From: Flavobacteriaceae bacterium
Lineage (GTDB): Bacteria; Bacteroidota; Bacteroidia; Flavobacteriales; Flavobacteriaceae
Direction of reading: 5' to 3'
DNA length: 24,564 nucleotides
NCBI GenBank assembly: GCA_050049275.1
Contig: JASFWO010000001.1
Span: 1 to 24,564, forward strand
Shown here: in pieces, positions 6,682 through 17,461 of the stretch
Layout of the letters: every line of letters starts with the position of its first letter
Position numbering within the stretch: the first letter of the stretch is position 1
Notes under the pieces: generated by a model
What the model was told of the DNA's origin: nothing
Database searches by the model: none
Seen by the model: the letters and a program-made list of their open reading frames with translations, nothing else
Translations under genes and position numbers: made by a program

Positions 6682-6705
6682 GAAGGGGACAGCGTCCTCT
6701 TTTTT
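6682..6705 (+). terminator. rimP leader hairpin, candidate attenuator
   Basis: GAAGGGGAC-AGC-GTCCTCTTT (9-bp stem with G-U pairs) followed by a T tract, located between the promoter and the rimP start. Confidence 0.65.
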
Positions 6706-6716
6706 ATTTCTAAACA

Positions 6717-7187
6717 ATGGAGTTTACAAAAAAAGTACATAGCCTTTTGGAAGAAGCCTTGACCGAGCAACCCGATTTGTTTTTAATCGATTTGCAGGTT
6801 TATGAGCAGTCGCGTATTCGTGTCACTCTCGATGGTGACAACGGGGTTTCCCTACAGAAGTGTATGGCTGTAAGCCGCCACATCGAACACAACTTAGATC
6901 GTGAGAAACAAGATTTTTCGTTAGAAGTCAGTTCGGCAGGCGCATCATCTCCTTTGCAAAATGCGCGTCAGTACCGTAAACATATCGGTAGAAAATTGTT
7001 GGTAGAAACCGCAGACCACCAATCGTATAAAGCCACTTTGACAGCGGCTAACGATGACCACATTACCCTTGACTGGAAAGCCAGAGAGCCTAAGCCAGTA
7101 GGGAAAGGAAAACACACCGTGACCAAGCAAGTGTGCTTGTCCTATGATACAATTCAAAAAGCAACCGTTCAATTACAATTTAAGTAA
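6717..7187 (+). CDS. rimP: Ribosome maturation factor RimP
   Basis: IRVTLDGDNGVSLQKC, SRHIE, FSLEVSSAG and RQYRKHIGR motifs; directly upstream of nusA. Confidence 0.95.
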   Translation: MEFTKKVHSLLEEALTEQPDLFLIDLQVYEQSRIRVTLDGDNGVSLQKCMAVSRHIEHNLDREKQDFSLEVSSAGASSPLQNARQYRKHIGRKLLVETADHQSYKATLTAANDDHITLDWKAREPKPVGKGKHTVTKQVCLSYDTIQKATVQLQFK

Positions 7188-7195
7188 AGTCCACC

Positions 7196-8428
7196 ATGGA
7201 AAATCTCGCATTAATCGAATCCTTTTCAGAGTTTAAAGATGACAAATTCATCGACCGTGTGACCCTAATGGCGATTTTAGAAGAAGTGTTTCGCAACACC
7301 CTAAAACGCAAATTTGGGACTGACGACAATTTTGATATCATTATCAATCCCGATAAGGGAGACTTAGAAATTTGGCGCAACCGAGTCGTTGTCGAAGATG
7401 GCGCTGTTGAAGATCCCAATGAGGAAATCGAACTGACACAGGCCCGTAAAATTGAGCCCGATTTTGAGGTTGGAGAAGATGTTTCTGAAGAAGTAAAACT
7501 ATCTGACTTAGGTCGTCGCTCCATATTGTCTTTACGTCAAAACCTGATTGCGCGTATCCACGAGCACGACAACACCATCATCTACAAACAATTTATTGAC
7601 CTTGTAGGAGAGATTTATACTGCCGAAGTACACCACGTGCGTAACCGTGTGGTTATTTTATTAGACGACGAGGGCAACGAAATTGTCATCCCAAAAGACC
7701 GACAAATTCCCTCTGATTTTTATAGAAAAGGAGACAATGTGCGTGGGATCATTGAAAGTGTAGAGCTTAAAGGTTCTAAGCCAAGCATCATTATGTCACG
7801 AACTTCGCCTAAGTTTTTGGAGAAACTTTTTGAGCAAGAAATCCCTGAAGTTTTTGATGGCTTGATCACCATTAAAAAGGTAGTTCGTGTTCCTGGCGAA
7901 AAAGCCAAAGTAGCTGTAGATTCATACGACGACCGCATTGATCCTGTGGGAGCTTGTGTGGGTATGAAAGGCTCAAGGATTCACGGGATCGTACGCGAGC
8001 TCGGCAATGAAAACATTGATGTTATCAACTACACCAACAACAACCAATTGCTCATTACTCGTGCGCTAAGTCCTGCGAAAATCACTTCCATGACCATAGA
8101 CGAGGAGCAGAAACGTGTTGAAGTATTTATGGATCCATCTGAGGTTTCTAAAGCGATTGGCCGTGGAGGATTTAACATTCGATTGGCAGGTCAATTGACA
8201 GGATATGAAATCGATGTATTCCGTGAAGGAGCAGAAGAAGATGTCGAGCTTTCTGAGTTCTCCGACGAGATCGAAGCATGGATTATCGAGGAGTTTAGAA
8301 AGGTGGGTCTTGACACTGCAAAGAGTGTTTTAGAGCAAGAAGTTTCCGACTTGGTCAAGCGTACCGACCTAGAAGAAGAAACCATCAACGAAGTACGCAA
8401 TATATTAAATGCTGAATTTTCAGGTTAA
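7196..8428 (+). CDS. nusA: Transcription termination/antitermination factor NusA
   Basis: NTD, S1 domain, KH motifs RVPGEKAKVAV, DPVGACVGMKGSRI and AIGRGGFNIRLA. Confidence 0.98.
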   Translation: MENLALIESFSEFKDDKFIDRVTLMAILEEVFRNTLKRKFGTDDNFDIIINPDKGDLEIWRNRVVVEDGAVEDPNEEIELTQARKIEPDFEVGEDVSEEVKLSDLGRRSILSLRQNLIARIHEHDNTIIYKQFIDLVGEIYTAEVHHVRNRVVILLDDEGNEIVIPKDRQIPSDFYRKGDNVRGIIESVELKGSKPSIIMSRTSPKFLEKLFEQEIPEVFDGLITIKKVVRVPGEKAKVAVDSYDDRIDPVGACVGMKGSRIHGIVRELGNENIDVINYTNNNQLLITRALSPAKITSMTIDEEQKRVEVFMDPSEVSKAIGRGGFNIRLAGQLTGYEIDVFREGAEEDVELSEFSDEIEAWIIEEFRKVGLDTAKSVLEQEVSDLVKRTDLEEETINEVRNILNAEFSG

Positions 8429-8444
8429 AAGTGCTGGAAATTCA

Positions 8445-8452
8445 TATTTTTG
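8445..8452 (+). promoter_or_regulatory. Possible internal promoter for infB
   Basis: TATTTTTG in the 40-nt nusA-infB gap, inside the inverted repeat AAATTCA-N6-TGAATTT (8438-8457). Confidence 0.45.
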
Positions 8453-8468
8453 AATTTGAAAACAAGGT

Positions 8469-11090
8469 ATGTCTGAAGTAAAAACAATACGCATCAACAA
8501 AGTTCTTCGTGAGTTAAATGTCTCGCTGGATCGTGTGGTGGATCATTTGGCCGAGCATGGTCATAAGGTAGAACCCCGACCCACGTCAAAAATCTCACAG
8601 GAGGAGTATCAGTTGTTGTTAGATGCTTTTCAGACCGACCGAACCAAGCGTGAGGCATCGCACGAAGTAAGCGAAGAAAAGCGTAAAGAAAAAGAAGCCA
8701 TTCGTCAACAGATCGAAGAGAAGCAAGAGGCCAAACAAAAGGTCATTGAAGCTAAAACGAACTTACAAGGGCTTCGTCAGGTAGGGAAGATTGACTTGGA
8801 ACCTCAAACTCCAACGCCCGAACCCACGTCCACAGAAGAAGCCCAACCTGCCGAAGAGAAGCAGGTAGAAGCGCCCACCAAAGAAGTACAAGAAACACCA
8901 GCGCCAACGGAAACCAAGAAAGCTGAGCCCAAAACAGAGGTAAAAACAGAAGAAACACCTATAGACGAGGTTCCAAAAAAACACGCAACTCAATACACTA
9001 AATTGACTGGTTTAAAAGTTGCGGGAGATAAAATCGATCTTAAAAAATTCGAAAAGCCCAAAACAAGCCCCAACCCTGACCAAGAACGCAAACGCCGTAG
9101 AAAACGCATCACAAAAGATGCGCCTGGTGTAAAAAAGGACAATAAGCGAAAGCCGTCACGTCCGGCGGTGGTAAAGGAAGAGCCCTCAGACGAAGAAATT
9201 CAAAAGCAAATTAGAGAGACGCTCGAAAAATTACAAGGTAAAACCACCAAGTCTAAGGGTGCCAAATATCGCCGTGAAAAGCGCGATAGCCACAGACAGC
9301 GTTCTGAGGATGACATGGCTCAAATCGAAGCAGAAAGCAAAGTACTCAAGGTAACAGAGTTTGTAACTGTAGGAGAAGTAGCCACGATGATGGATATAAG
9401 CTCCACAGAAATCATCTCTGCCTGTATGACCTTGGGGATTATGGTTACCATGAACCAACGATTGGATGCTGAAACACTCTCTATCGTGGCCGACGAATTT
9501 GGTTATGAGGTAGAATTTGTCACAGCAGACATCGAAGAAGCCATTCAGGAAGAAGAAGATGCAGCAGAAGACTTGGAGCCACGTGCACCCATCGTCACTG
9601 TCATGGGACATGTTGATCACGGAAAAACATCTTTGTTAGATTACATCCGTAACGCCAATGTAACTGCAGATGAATCTGGAGGGATTACCCAACACATTGG
9701 TGCGTACAGCGTGTCATTGGAAAGTGGTCAGAAAATCACATTTTTAGATACGCCAGGTCACGAAGCTTTTACTGCGATGCGTGCCCGAGGTACGCAAGTA
9801 ACCGACTTGGTTATTATTGTTATTGCAGCCGACGATGACATCATGCCACAAACCAAAGAAGCTATTAGCCATGCACAGGCGGCTTCTGTACCGATTGTCT
9901 TTGCCATTAACAAAATTGACAGTCCTAATGCCAACCCCGATAAAATTAAAGAAGGACTTGCAGGTATGAACTTGCTTGTCGAAGACTGGGGAGGTAAAAT
10001 TCAGTCTCATGATATTTCTGCCAAACAAGGAACGGGCATCAACGAACTGTTAGAAAAAGTACTGCTTGAAGCCGAGCTGCTCGAACTGAAAGCCAACCCC
10101 AACAAAACCGCACAAGGAACAATTGTAGAAGCATACCTAGATAAAGGTAGGGGTTATGTGTCTACTGTTTTGGTCCAAGCAGGAACCCTCAGAGTAGGGG
10201 ATTTTTTGCTTGCTGGACGTCATAGTGGAAAAGTAAAAGCCATGCAAGACGAACGCGGTCATGATGTGGAAGTTGCAGGTCCATCTACACCGGTTTCACT
10301 TTTAGGACTCGATGGTGCTCCTGCTGCCGGAGACCGCTTTAATGTTTTTGACGATGAAAAAGAAGCCAAACAAATTGCAGTCAAAAGAACTCAGTTGGTA
10401 CGTGAGCAATCTGTCCGTACCCAACGTCACATCACTTTAGATGAAATCGGTCGACGAATCGCTTTGGGTGATTTTAAAGAGTTAAATGTGATATTGAAAG
10501 GAGATGTTGATGGCTCTGTGGAAGCTTTAACGGACTCTTTCCAAAAATTATCCACAGAAGAAATACAAGTCAACATCATTCACAAAGGAGTGGGTGCCAT
10601 TACGGAATCTGATGTGTTGCTTGCATCGGCCTCCGACGCCATTATAGTTGGCTTTAACGTACGCCCTGTAGGCACGGCACGACAATTGGCTGACAAAGAA
10701 GCGATAGACATTCGTAGCTACTCGATTATCTATGACGCAATCAATGACCTCAAAGACGCTATGGAAGGGATGCTTTCCCCTGAGTTTAAGGAAGAAGTTA
10801 CCGGAAATGTAGAGATTCGAGAGACGTTTAAAATATCTAAAGTAGGTACCATTGCGGGTTGTATGGTGATGGATGGTAAAATCCTTCGCAATTCTGGTGT
10901 AAGAATTATCAGAGAAGGTGTCGTGATTTACACAGGTGTCTTAGAATCGTTAAAACGCTTTAAAGATGATGTGAAAGAAGTGACCAAAGGCTATGATTGT
11001 GGTCTTCAAATTAAGGGTTATAACGACATCAAAATTGGCGATTCCATTGAGGCCTTCCAAGAAATAGCCATCAAGAAAAAACTTAAATAA
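8469..11090 (+). CDS. infB: Translation initiation factor IF-2
   Basis: G-domain motifs [26 protein letters not shown] and NKID; C-terminal IF-2 domains; charged N-terminal linker. Confidence 0.99.
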   Translation: MSEVKTIRINKVLRELNVSLDRVVDHLAEHGHKVEPRPTSKISQEEYQLLLDAFQTDRTKREASHEVSEEKRKEKEAIRQQIEEKQEAKQKVIEAKTNLQGLRQVGKIDLEPQTPTPEPTSTEEAQPAEEKQVEAPTKEVQETPAPTETKKAEPKTEVKTEETPIDEVPKKHATQYTKLTGLKVAGDKIDLKKFEKPKTSPNPDQERKRRRKRITKDAPGVKKDNKRKPSRPAVVKEEPSDEEIQKQIRETLEKLQGKTTKSKGAKYRREKRDSHRQRSEDDMAQIEAESKVLKVTEFVTVGEVATMMDISSTEIISACMTLGIMVTMNQRLDAETLSIVADEFGYEVEFVTADIEEAIQEEEDAAEDLEPRAPIVTVMGHVDHGKTSLLDYIRNANVTADESGGITQHIGAYSVSLESGQKITFLDTPGHEAFTAMRARGTQVTDLVIIVIAADDDIMPQTKEAISHAQAASVPIVFAINKIDSPNANPDKIKEGLAGMNLLVEDWGGKIQSHDISAKQGTGINELLEKVLLEAELLELKANPNKTAQGTIVEAYLDKGRGYVSTVLVQAGTLRVGDFLLAGRHSGKVKAMQDERGHDVEVAGPSTPVSLLGLDGAPAAGDRFNVFDDEKEAKQIAVKRTQLVREQSVRTQRHITLDEIGRRIALGDFKELNVILKGDVDGSVEALTDSFQKLSTEEIQVNIIHKGVGAITESDVLLASASDAIIVGFNVRPVGTARQLADKEAIDIRSYSIIYDAINDLKDAMEGMLSPEFKEEVTGNVEIRETFKISKVGTIAGCMVMDGKILRNSGVRIIREGVVIYTGVLESLKRFKDDVKEVTKGYDCGLQIKGYNDIKIGDSIEAFQEIAIKKKLK

Positions 11091-11096
11091 TCTCAA

Positions 11097-11459
11097 TTAG
11101 GGGAGCAGCAAAAAAGCTTTTGGAAATTTTCTTTTAATTTCTGCCAAAGCTGTAAGCCCATCGAGTCGAGTTTTGTAGCGACCTACCCTGATTTTGTAGT
11201 TGGGCGTTTCAAAAGTGAGTTTTGCTTCTGTCTCTGGAAAAAAGGTGGTAAATATTTCCATTTGAGCATCTGCTTGATCAAAGTTTCCAGAGAAAATTTG
11301 GACGGTGTATTGGTTTTGCTCCGAGCGCACTCGATCCAAAGTCGTTTTACGATCCATAACATTTTCTAGCTTATCGGGCAACTCTAGTTTTAATGTCCCT
11401 TCCTGTGCAGCAAGAGAACCAAACAATATGAACGCCCATAAACTCAGCATTTCTTTCAT
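11097..11459 (-). CDS. Secreted SPOR-domain protein
   Basis: Signal peptide MKEMLSLWAFILFGSLAAQE; SPOR motifs YTVQIFSG and FETPNYKIRVG. The start was moved from 11495 to the ATG at 11459. Confidence 0.8.
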   Translation of the reverse strand: MKEMLSLWAFILFGSLAAQEGTLKLELPDKLENVMDRKTTLDRVRSEQNQYTVQIFSGNFDQADAQMEIFTTFFPETEAKLTFETPNYKIRVGRYKTRLDGLTALAEIKRKFPKAFLLLP

Positions 11460-11638
11460 GTTTGCAAAGAAACATCGACTATGGAAGACAAACAATATTT
11501 CTTTAAAAATATTGTTTAATTTATGTATAACAACTTTTACATAAAATACTGAAAATCAGTTTTTTAAATTAACAATTTAGAATAAATATAAATTAATTTT
11601 AAAGCCTTTGCAGAGTTTCCTAAATGAGGGCTGTGTCG

Positions 11639-11646
11639 TACTTTTG
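11639..11646 (+). promoter_or_regulatory. -7 promoter element of the act-cox operon
   Basis: TACTTTTG, an exact TAnnTTTG match, upstream of actA. Confidence 0.65.
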
Positions 11647-11696
11647 TCAGCTGAATGTTTACAGCTTAAGCTTAGATGGATTTACGCCAAATTAAC

Positions 11697-12977
11697 ATGA
11701 CTCGGTTTTCACTACTCAAAGTAGTAACCACTCCCACACTTTTATCAATATTTTTCGCTCTTATTTTTTCTTCTTTCCTCAGCGCTCAAGAAGCGGATGT
11801 TCAGAAGGGAAAATCTTTATTCAACGCGAATTGTGCCGCTTGTCACAAGCTCAACAAACGTGCTGTTGGCCCTGCACTTGCGGGGGTTTCTGAAAAGTAC
11901 GACAAGGAATGGCTCTATGCTTGGATCAAAAATCCAATGGGAATGGTAAAAGCGGGAGACCCGCAAGCTGTGGCTGTCTATGAAGAGTACAATAAATCTG
12001 TGATGACTGCTTTTCCGCAGTTAAGCAACGAAGACATTGACAATATTTTAGCTTACACCGACTATACACCCCCTGCTCCAGCAGTTCCTGCTGCAGTCGC
12101 TACGACTGCCTCTACAACTGGGGACGACACAAGCTCTACCCTCATTTTGGGCATACTCGTGCTGGTCTTGTTGGTTTTAATCACCATGCTGTATTTGGTC
12201 AATAATACCCTGAGAAAGATTGCTGCTGCTAACGGTATTGAAATTATCAAAGCTGAAAAAGAAAAGCGACTCCCTCTTTGGAAAGCGTATGTACAAAACT
12301 CTTTCCTCGTTTTTGTCAGTGTGATTTTCTTGTTGCTCTCAAGTGCATATTTCGGATACGGCTATTTGATGCAGGTAGGGATTGACCAAGGTTATATGCC
12401 TGTTCAACCGATTCACTATTCACACAAAATTCACTCGGGAGACAATAAGATTGATTGTAAGTATTGCCATTCATCAGCACGTGTTTCCAAACATTCAGGG
12501 ATCCCTTCGCTGAATGTCTGTATGAACTGCCACATGAACATCGCTGAATACAACGGTGAAGAAGATTTAGAGAAAGGATACACCAAAGAGTTTTACACCA
12601 ATGAAATTAAAAAACTCTACAAAGCTGTTGGTTGGGATGAGGAAACCCAACAATACACTGGTGAAACTCAGCCTGTCAAATGGGTCCGCATACACAACCT
12701 TCCTGATTTTGTCTATTTCAATCACGCCCAACACGTTGAGGTTGCTGGAGTCGACTGTCAAAAATGTCACGGTCCTGTTGAAGAGATGGAAATCATGTAC
12801 CAACACTCCTCATTGACTATGGGATGGTGTATTGACTGCCACAGAGAAACCAATGTAGATGTGGCTAACAACGAGTATTACACCAAAATTCACGAAGAAC
12901 TTTCGAAAAAGTATGGTGTGGAAAAATTAACAGCAGCCCAAATGGGAGGCTTGGAGTGTGGCAAATGTCATTATTAA
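11697..12977 (+). CDS. actA: Alternative complex III subunit ActA (N-terminal monoheme domain plus pentaheme cytochrome c)
   Basis: Six CxxCH motifs: CAACH, CKYCH, CMNCH, CQKCH, CIDCH, CGKCH. It heads the act operon. The start at 11697 (A at -3, signal peptide follows) is preferred over 11676, but this is uncertain. Confidence 0.9.
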   Translation: MTRFSLLKVVTTPTLLSIFFALIFSSFLSAQEADVQKGKSLFNANCAACHKLNKRAVGPALAGVSEKYDKEWLYAWIKNPMGMVKAGDPQAVAVYEEYNKSVMTAFPQLSNEDIDNILAYTDYTPPAPAVPAAVATTASTTGDDTSSTLILGILVLVLLVLITMLYLVNNTLRKIAAANGIEIIKAEKEKRLPLWKAYVQNSFLVFVSVIFLLLSSAYFGYGYLMQVGIDQGYMPVQPIHYSHKIHSGDNKIDCKYCHSSARVSKHSGIPSLNVCMNCHMNIAEYNGEEDLEKGYTKEFYTNEIKKLYKAVGWDEETQQYTGETQPVKWVRIHNLPDFVYFNHAQHVEVAGVDCQKCHGPVEEMEIMYQHSSLTMGWCIDCHRETNVDVANNEYYTKIHEELSKKYGVEKLTAAQMGGLECGKCHY

Positions 12978-12987
12978 GGGATAAACA

Positions 12988-15900
12988 ATGATGAACCAAA
13001 AGAAATATTGGAAAAGTGATGTTGAGCTTGACACGTCTAACGACTTTGTGTCAGACTTACAACACAAGGAGTTTGTTGAAAAACTTCCAGAAGATGCTTT
13101 TCTAGGAGATCAAAAAGTCATGGACGAGTCAAAAACCAATCGTCGTGATTTTTTAAAATATGTAGGTTTTAGCACAGCTGCTGCTTCTTTGGCTGCCTGT
13201 GAAGGGCCTGTCTACAAATCGATTCCTTATGTAGTACAACCCGAGGAAATTCGTCCTGGAATTTCAAATTACTACGCTTCGACTATTGCAGATGGGTTCG
13301 ATTTTTCCAATGTATTGATTAAAACCCGAGAAGGACGTCCGATCAAGGTTGAAAACAACACAGAAGCTCCGACCAACGGTTATGCCAATGCAAGGGTTCA
13401 AGCGTCTGTTCTTTCACTTTACGACAACCTTCGTTTACGTGGACCTCAATATGCTGGCAGCCCTGTAGGATGGACCAAGCTTATTGATCAAACAAAAGAA
13501 CAACTCAATGCTTTGAAAGACGCAAACGCAGAAGTGGTTTTACTCACTCAGTCATTTGCAAGTCCTTCTACAGAAAAACTTATTGGGGACTTTTTGAATC
13601 AGTTCCCCAACGTTCGTCATGTTGTATATGATGCTTTGTCAGCTTCTGAAGCCCTCGATGCTTTTGAGCAGGCTTATGGAAGCAGGGCTTTGCCCACTTA
13701 CGACTTTGGCAAGGCTGAAGTGATCGTTTCTGTCGGCGCCGATTTCTTAGGTGATTGGCAAGGTGGGGGTCACAGTGCTGGATATGCCAAAGGACGTGTT
13801 CCCAAAAAGAACCATGGCAAAGCAAAGATGTCCAAACATTATCAGTTTGAGTCTAATATGACATTGTCAGGAGCAAGTGCTGATGTCCGTGTACCTTCAA
13901 CACCTGCAACTCAAAAACAAGTTTTAGCAGCCATATATGCATCTCTAACAGGAAAGAGTGATTCTATAGAGATGAGCCCAAAGCTAGCAGCGCAAGTTCA
14001 AACTGCTGTGAAACAACTGAAGCGTGCAGGCCAAAACGCACTTGTTGTGACGGGTCTTCCCTCTGTAGATGCCCAACGTATGGCATTGGCCATAAATGAG
14101 GTTCTTAAGAGTCGTGTCATTGATACTCAACACACGACTACGATACGTCAAGCCAAAACTGCTGAGGTGGCTCAAGTAGTAGATGACCTAAAAAGTGGAG
14201 CTGTACAAGGAATCATCACCGCAGGCATCAATCCCGCATACTCTTTGCCAAACGCAGATGCTTTTATAAAGGCCATGTCAAAGGCTCAGTTTTCACTTGT
14301 GTTTAGCATGAAAAATGATGAGACTGCAAGCCTTGCCCAATGGGTCGCGGCTACGCCACACTACTTAGAATCGTGGGGTGATGTTGCCTTCAAATCGGGG
14401 CACTATGGTTTAACACAGCCAACCATTCGTCCTCTTTTTGATACACGTCAGTTTCAAGATGTTTTATTGGCATGGACTGGCAGCGATGCCTCATACCACG
14501 ACGCATTAAAATCGTACTGGAATTCATCAATTCTCCGAGGTGCTTCATGGAGCAAAGCGGTTCATGATGGTTTCTTTGTAGGTCAAACACCTACAGCAAA
14601 AAAATATAAGGACACCCCGTCCGATGCCTACAACGCCCTTCGCAAGGCAGAAGATACAGGCATGAGTTTGGTGTTGTATTCAAAAACAGGGTTAGGAGAT
14701 GGTCAACAGGCCAACAACCCATGGCTGCAAGAACTTCCTGATCCAATCAGTCGTGTGACTTGGGATAACTACCTAACGGTCTCCAAGTCAGATGCATTGG
14801 CTTTGGGATTATGGAATGAAACCCAATCCGATGGTTCTCTTAATGGCGGAATGGCCAAAGTGACCGTTGGAAATGAGTCTTTAACAGCACCTGTCCTTAT
14901 TCAACCTGGACAGGCTAAAGGCACAGTAGGGTTGGCAGTTGGTTACGGAAAAACCGCTGGAATCAAATCAGAAATGCAAGTAGGAGTCAACGCCTATCCT
15001 TTGTACAAAAACCTTTCATCTGTTCAGTCTGTTCAGATCGAAGCGATTGATGGTGTACACGAATTTGCTTGTACACAGTTGCACAATACGCTGATGGGTC
15101 GTGGTGATATTGTGAAAGAAACTACTTTGGAGATTTTTAACACCAAAGACAAATCCTATTGGAACCCGGTTCCTGTGGTCTCCAAAAATCACATCGAAAC
15201 ACCTGTTACTTCTCCTGAGGTTGATATTTGGGACTCTTTTGATCGATCTATTGGACACCACTTCAATCTGTCTATAGACTTGAATGCTTGTACGGGTTGT
15301 GGAGCTTGTGTGGTGTCGTGTCATGCGGAGAACAACGTTCCTGTTGTAGGGAAGCGTGAAATTCGCAAATCGCGAGATATGCACTGGTTGCGTATCGACC
15401 GCTACTATTCTGCAGAGGACACATTTGAGGGTGATTTGGAAACCGTTGATCAAATCAATGGGTTGGGAGATTCGTTGACCACTTTTGGTGAGATGGAAGC
15501 CCCCTCCGAAAACCCACAGGTTACTTTCCAACCCATCATGTGTCAGCATTGTAACCATGCACCTTGTGAAACCGTTTGTCCTGTAGCAGCGACTTCGCAC
15601 GGTCGTCAGGGTCAAAACCACATGTCATACAATCGATGTGTTGGAACCCGCTATTGCGCAAACAACTGTCCTTATAAAGTACGTAGATTCAACTGGTTCT
15701 TGTACAGCAATAATGACGAGTTTGACTATCACATGAACGATGATTTGGGCCGCATGGTTCTCAATCCTGACGTGGTAGTGCGCTCACGTGGTGTGATGGA
15801 AAAGTGTTCTATGTGTATTCAAAAAACACAAAAAACGATTTTGGATGCCAAACTCGAAGGTCGCCAGATTCAAGATGGCGAATTCCAAACGGCTTGCTCT

Positions 15901-16065
15901 AGCGCATGTCCTACAGGAGCCATTGTTTTTGGTGACATCAACGACAAAGAAAGCAAGGTTGCAAAGTCGAAGGAAAGTGACCGCATGTACCATTTGTTGG
16001 AGAGTGTCGGTACCAAGCCAAACGTGCAGTATCAAGTGAAAGTAAGAAATACAGAGACAACCTAA
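12988..16065 (+). CDS. actB: Alternative complex III subunit ActB (TAT lipoprotein; molybdopterin-oxidoreductase-like domain plus Fe-S domain)
   Basis: TAT motif RRDFLK with lipobox LAAC; Fe-S motifs CTGCGACVVSC, CQHCNHAPCETVC, CVGTRYCANNC and CSMC...CSSAC. The start may be 12988 or 12991. Confidence 0.93.
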   Translation: MMNQKKYWKSDVELDTSNDFVSDLQHKEFVEKLPEDAFLGDQKVMDESKTNRRDFLKYVGFSTAAASLAACEGPVYKSIPYVVQPEEIRPGISNYYASTIADGFDFSNVLIKTREGRPIKVENNTEAPTNGYANARVQASVLSLYDNLRLRGPQYAGSPVGWTKLIDQTKEQLNALKDANAEVVLLTQSFASPSTEKLIGDFLNQFPNVRHVVYDALSASEALDAFEQAYGSRALPTYDFGKAEVIVSVGADFLGDWQGGGHSAGYAKGRVPKKNHGKAKMSKHYQFESNMTLSGASADVRVPSTPATQKQVLAAIYASLTGKSDSIEMSPKLAAQVQTAVKQLKRAGQNALVVTGLPSVDAQRMALAINEVLKSRVIDTQHTTTIRQAKTAEVAQVVDDLKSGAVQGIITAGINPAYSLPNADAFIKAMSKAQFSLVFSMKNDETASLAQWVAATPHYLESWGDVAFKSGHYGLTQPTIRPLFDTRQFQDVLLAWTGSDASYHDALKSYWNSSILRGASWSKAVHDGFFVGQTPTAKKYKDTPSDAYNALRKAEDTGMSLVLYSKTGLGDGQQANNPWLQELPDPISRVTWDNYLTVSKSDALALGLWNETQSDGSLNGGMAKVTVGNESLTAPVLIQPGQAKGTVGLAVGYGKTAGIKSEMQVGVNAYPLYKNLSSVQSVQIEAIDGVHEFACTQLHNTLMGRGDIVKETTLEIFNTKDKSYWNPVPVVSKNHIETPVTSPEVDIWDSFDRSIGHHFNLSIDLNACTGCGACVVSCHAENNVPVVGKREIRKSRDMHWLRIDRYYSAEDTFEGDLETVDQINGLGDSLTTFGEMEAPSENPQVTFQPIMCQHCNHAPCETVCPVAATSHGRQGQNHMSYNRCVGTRYCANNCPYKVRRFNWFLYSNNDEFDYHMNDDLGRMVLNPDVVVRSRGVMEKCSMCIQKTQKTILDAKLEGRQIQDGEFQTACSSACPTGAIVFGDINDKESKVAKSKESDRMYHLLESVGTKPNVQYQVKVRNTETT

Positions 16066-16075
16066 ACCAAAACCT

Positions 16076-17461
16076 ATGGCCGGTCATTACGAAGCACCCA
16101 TAAGAAAACCACTTGTTACCGGAAACAAATCGTACCACGATGTTACGGTCGATATTGTTGCTCCAGTTGAAGGCAAAGCCAACAAACAGTGGTGGATTGT
16201 TTTTGGAATCTCTCTTGTCGCATTTTTATGGGGCATTGGATGTATCATCTATACAGTGTCTACGGGTATTGGTGTCTGGGGACTCAATAAAACCGTAGGT
16301 TGGGCCTGGGACATCACCAACTTTGTTTGGTGGGTTGGTATTGGTCACGCAGGTACGCTTATTTCTGCCGTTTTGCTGTTGTTTAGACAGAAATGGCGTA
16401 TGGCCATCAACCGATCTGCTGAAGCGATGACGATTTTCTCAGTAATCCAAGCAGGATTGTTCCCGATCATTCACATGGGACGCCCTTGGTTGGCATACTG
16501 GGTATTGCCCATCCCTAACCAATTTGGATCTCTGTGGGTGAACTTCAACTCCCCTTTGTTATGGGACGTATTTGCAATATCAACCTACTTATCGGTTTCT
16601 TTGGTGTTCTGGTGGACGGGCTTGTTGCCTGACTTTGCCATGATACGCGACCGGGCTGTCAAACCCTTCCAAAAGAAGATTTACGGTTTGCTGAGTTTTG
16701 GTTGGAGCGGACGCGCCAAAGATTGGCAACGATTTGAAGAAGTATCCCTAGTCTTGGCTGGACTAGCAACTCCTTTGGTACTTTCAGTACACACGATCGT
16801 ATCTTTTGATTTTGCTACTTCTGTCATACCAGGGTGGCACACCACCATTTTCCCCCCATATTTTGTAGCTGGTGCGATCTTCTCTGGATTTGCCATGGTG
16901 CAAACCCTTTTGATCATCATGCGTAAGGTGTCAAACCTAGAAAACTATATCACCATTCAACACATCGAATTGATGAACATCGTTATCATGATTACCGGTT
17001 CGATCGTAGGGGTGGCCTATATCACAGAATTGTTTATCGCATGGTATTCTGGAGTTGAATATGAACAATATGCCTTCCTCAACCGTGCAACAGGGCCTTA
17101 CTGGTGGGCTTATTGGGCCATGATGACTTGCAACGTTTTTTCACCACAATTTATGTGGTTTAAAAAACTACGTACGAGCATCATGTTCTCTTTTATTATT
17201 TCTATAGTCGTGAACATCGGGATGTGGTTTGAACGTTTTGTAATTATCGTCACCTCACTCCACCGCGACTATCTGCCATCTTCTTGGACCATGTTCTCAC
17301 CAACCTTTGTAGATATCGGCATCTTTATAGGAACCATAGGATTCTTCTTTGTGTTGTTCTTGTTATATGCCCGTACCTTCCCGGTGATTGCCCAAGCGGA
17401 GGTAAAATCGATTTTAAAGTCTTCTGGAGACAAATACAAAAACGCACACGATGAGTCATAA
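16076..17461 (+). CDS. actC: Alternative complex III subunit ActC (NrfD/PsrC family quinol oxidase subunit)
   Basis: WAWDITNFVWWVGIGHAGTLISA, RSAEAMT, IIHMGRPW, SPLLWDVFA and WFERFVII. Confidence 0.95.
   Translation: MAGHYEAPIRKPLVTGNKSYHDVTVDIVAPVEGKANKQWWIVFGISLVAFLWGIGCIIYTVSTGIGVWGLNKTVGWAWDITNFVWWVGIGHAGTLISAVLLLFRQKWRMAINRSAEAMTIFSVIQAGLFPIIHMGRPWLAYWVLPIPNQFGSLWVNFNSPLLWDVFAISTYLSVSLVFWWTGLLPDFAMIRDRAVKPFQKKIYGLLSFGWSGRAKDWQRFEEVSLVLAGLATPLVLSVHTIVSFDFATSVIPGWHTTIFPPYFVAGAIFSGFAMVQTLLIIMRKVSNLENYITIQHIELMNIVIMITGSIVGVAYITELFIAWYSGVEYEQYAFLNRATGPYWWAYWAMMTCNVFSPQFMWFKKLRTSIMFSFIISIVVNIGMWFERFVIIVTSLHRDYLPSSWTMFSPTFVDIGIFIGTIGFFFVLFLLYARTFPVIAQAEVKSILKSSGDKYKNAHDES

Noticed and set aside
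7189-7199. Eukaryote-like Kozak CCACCATGG at the nusA start
   Set aside because: Bacteroidota favour A at -3 and lack Shine-Dalgarno use, so this match is unremarkable.
8800-8970. Pro/Glu/Thr/Lys low-complexity segment in IF-2
   Set aside because: Variable disordered N-terminal linkers are normal for IF-2.
12988-15240. ActB as an active molybdoenzyme
   Set aside because: The molybdopterin-oxidoreductase-like domain of ActB is established to lack the Mo cofactor, and the operon context is ACIII.
15016-15621. 201-aa antisense ORF, plus the many other 60-130 aa overlapping ORFs in the track
   Set aside because: They are shadows of well-supported genes, with no motifs or expression signals.
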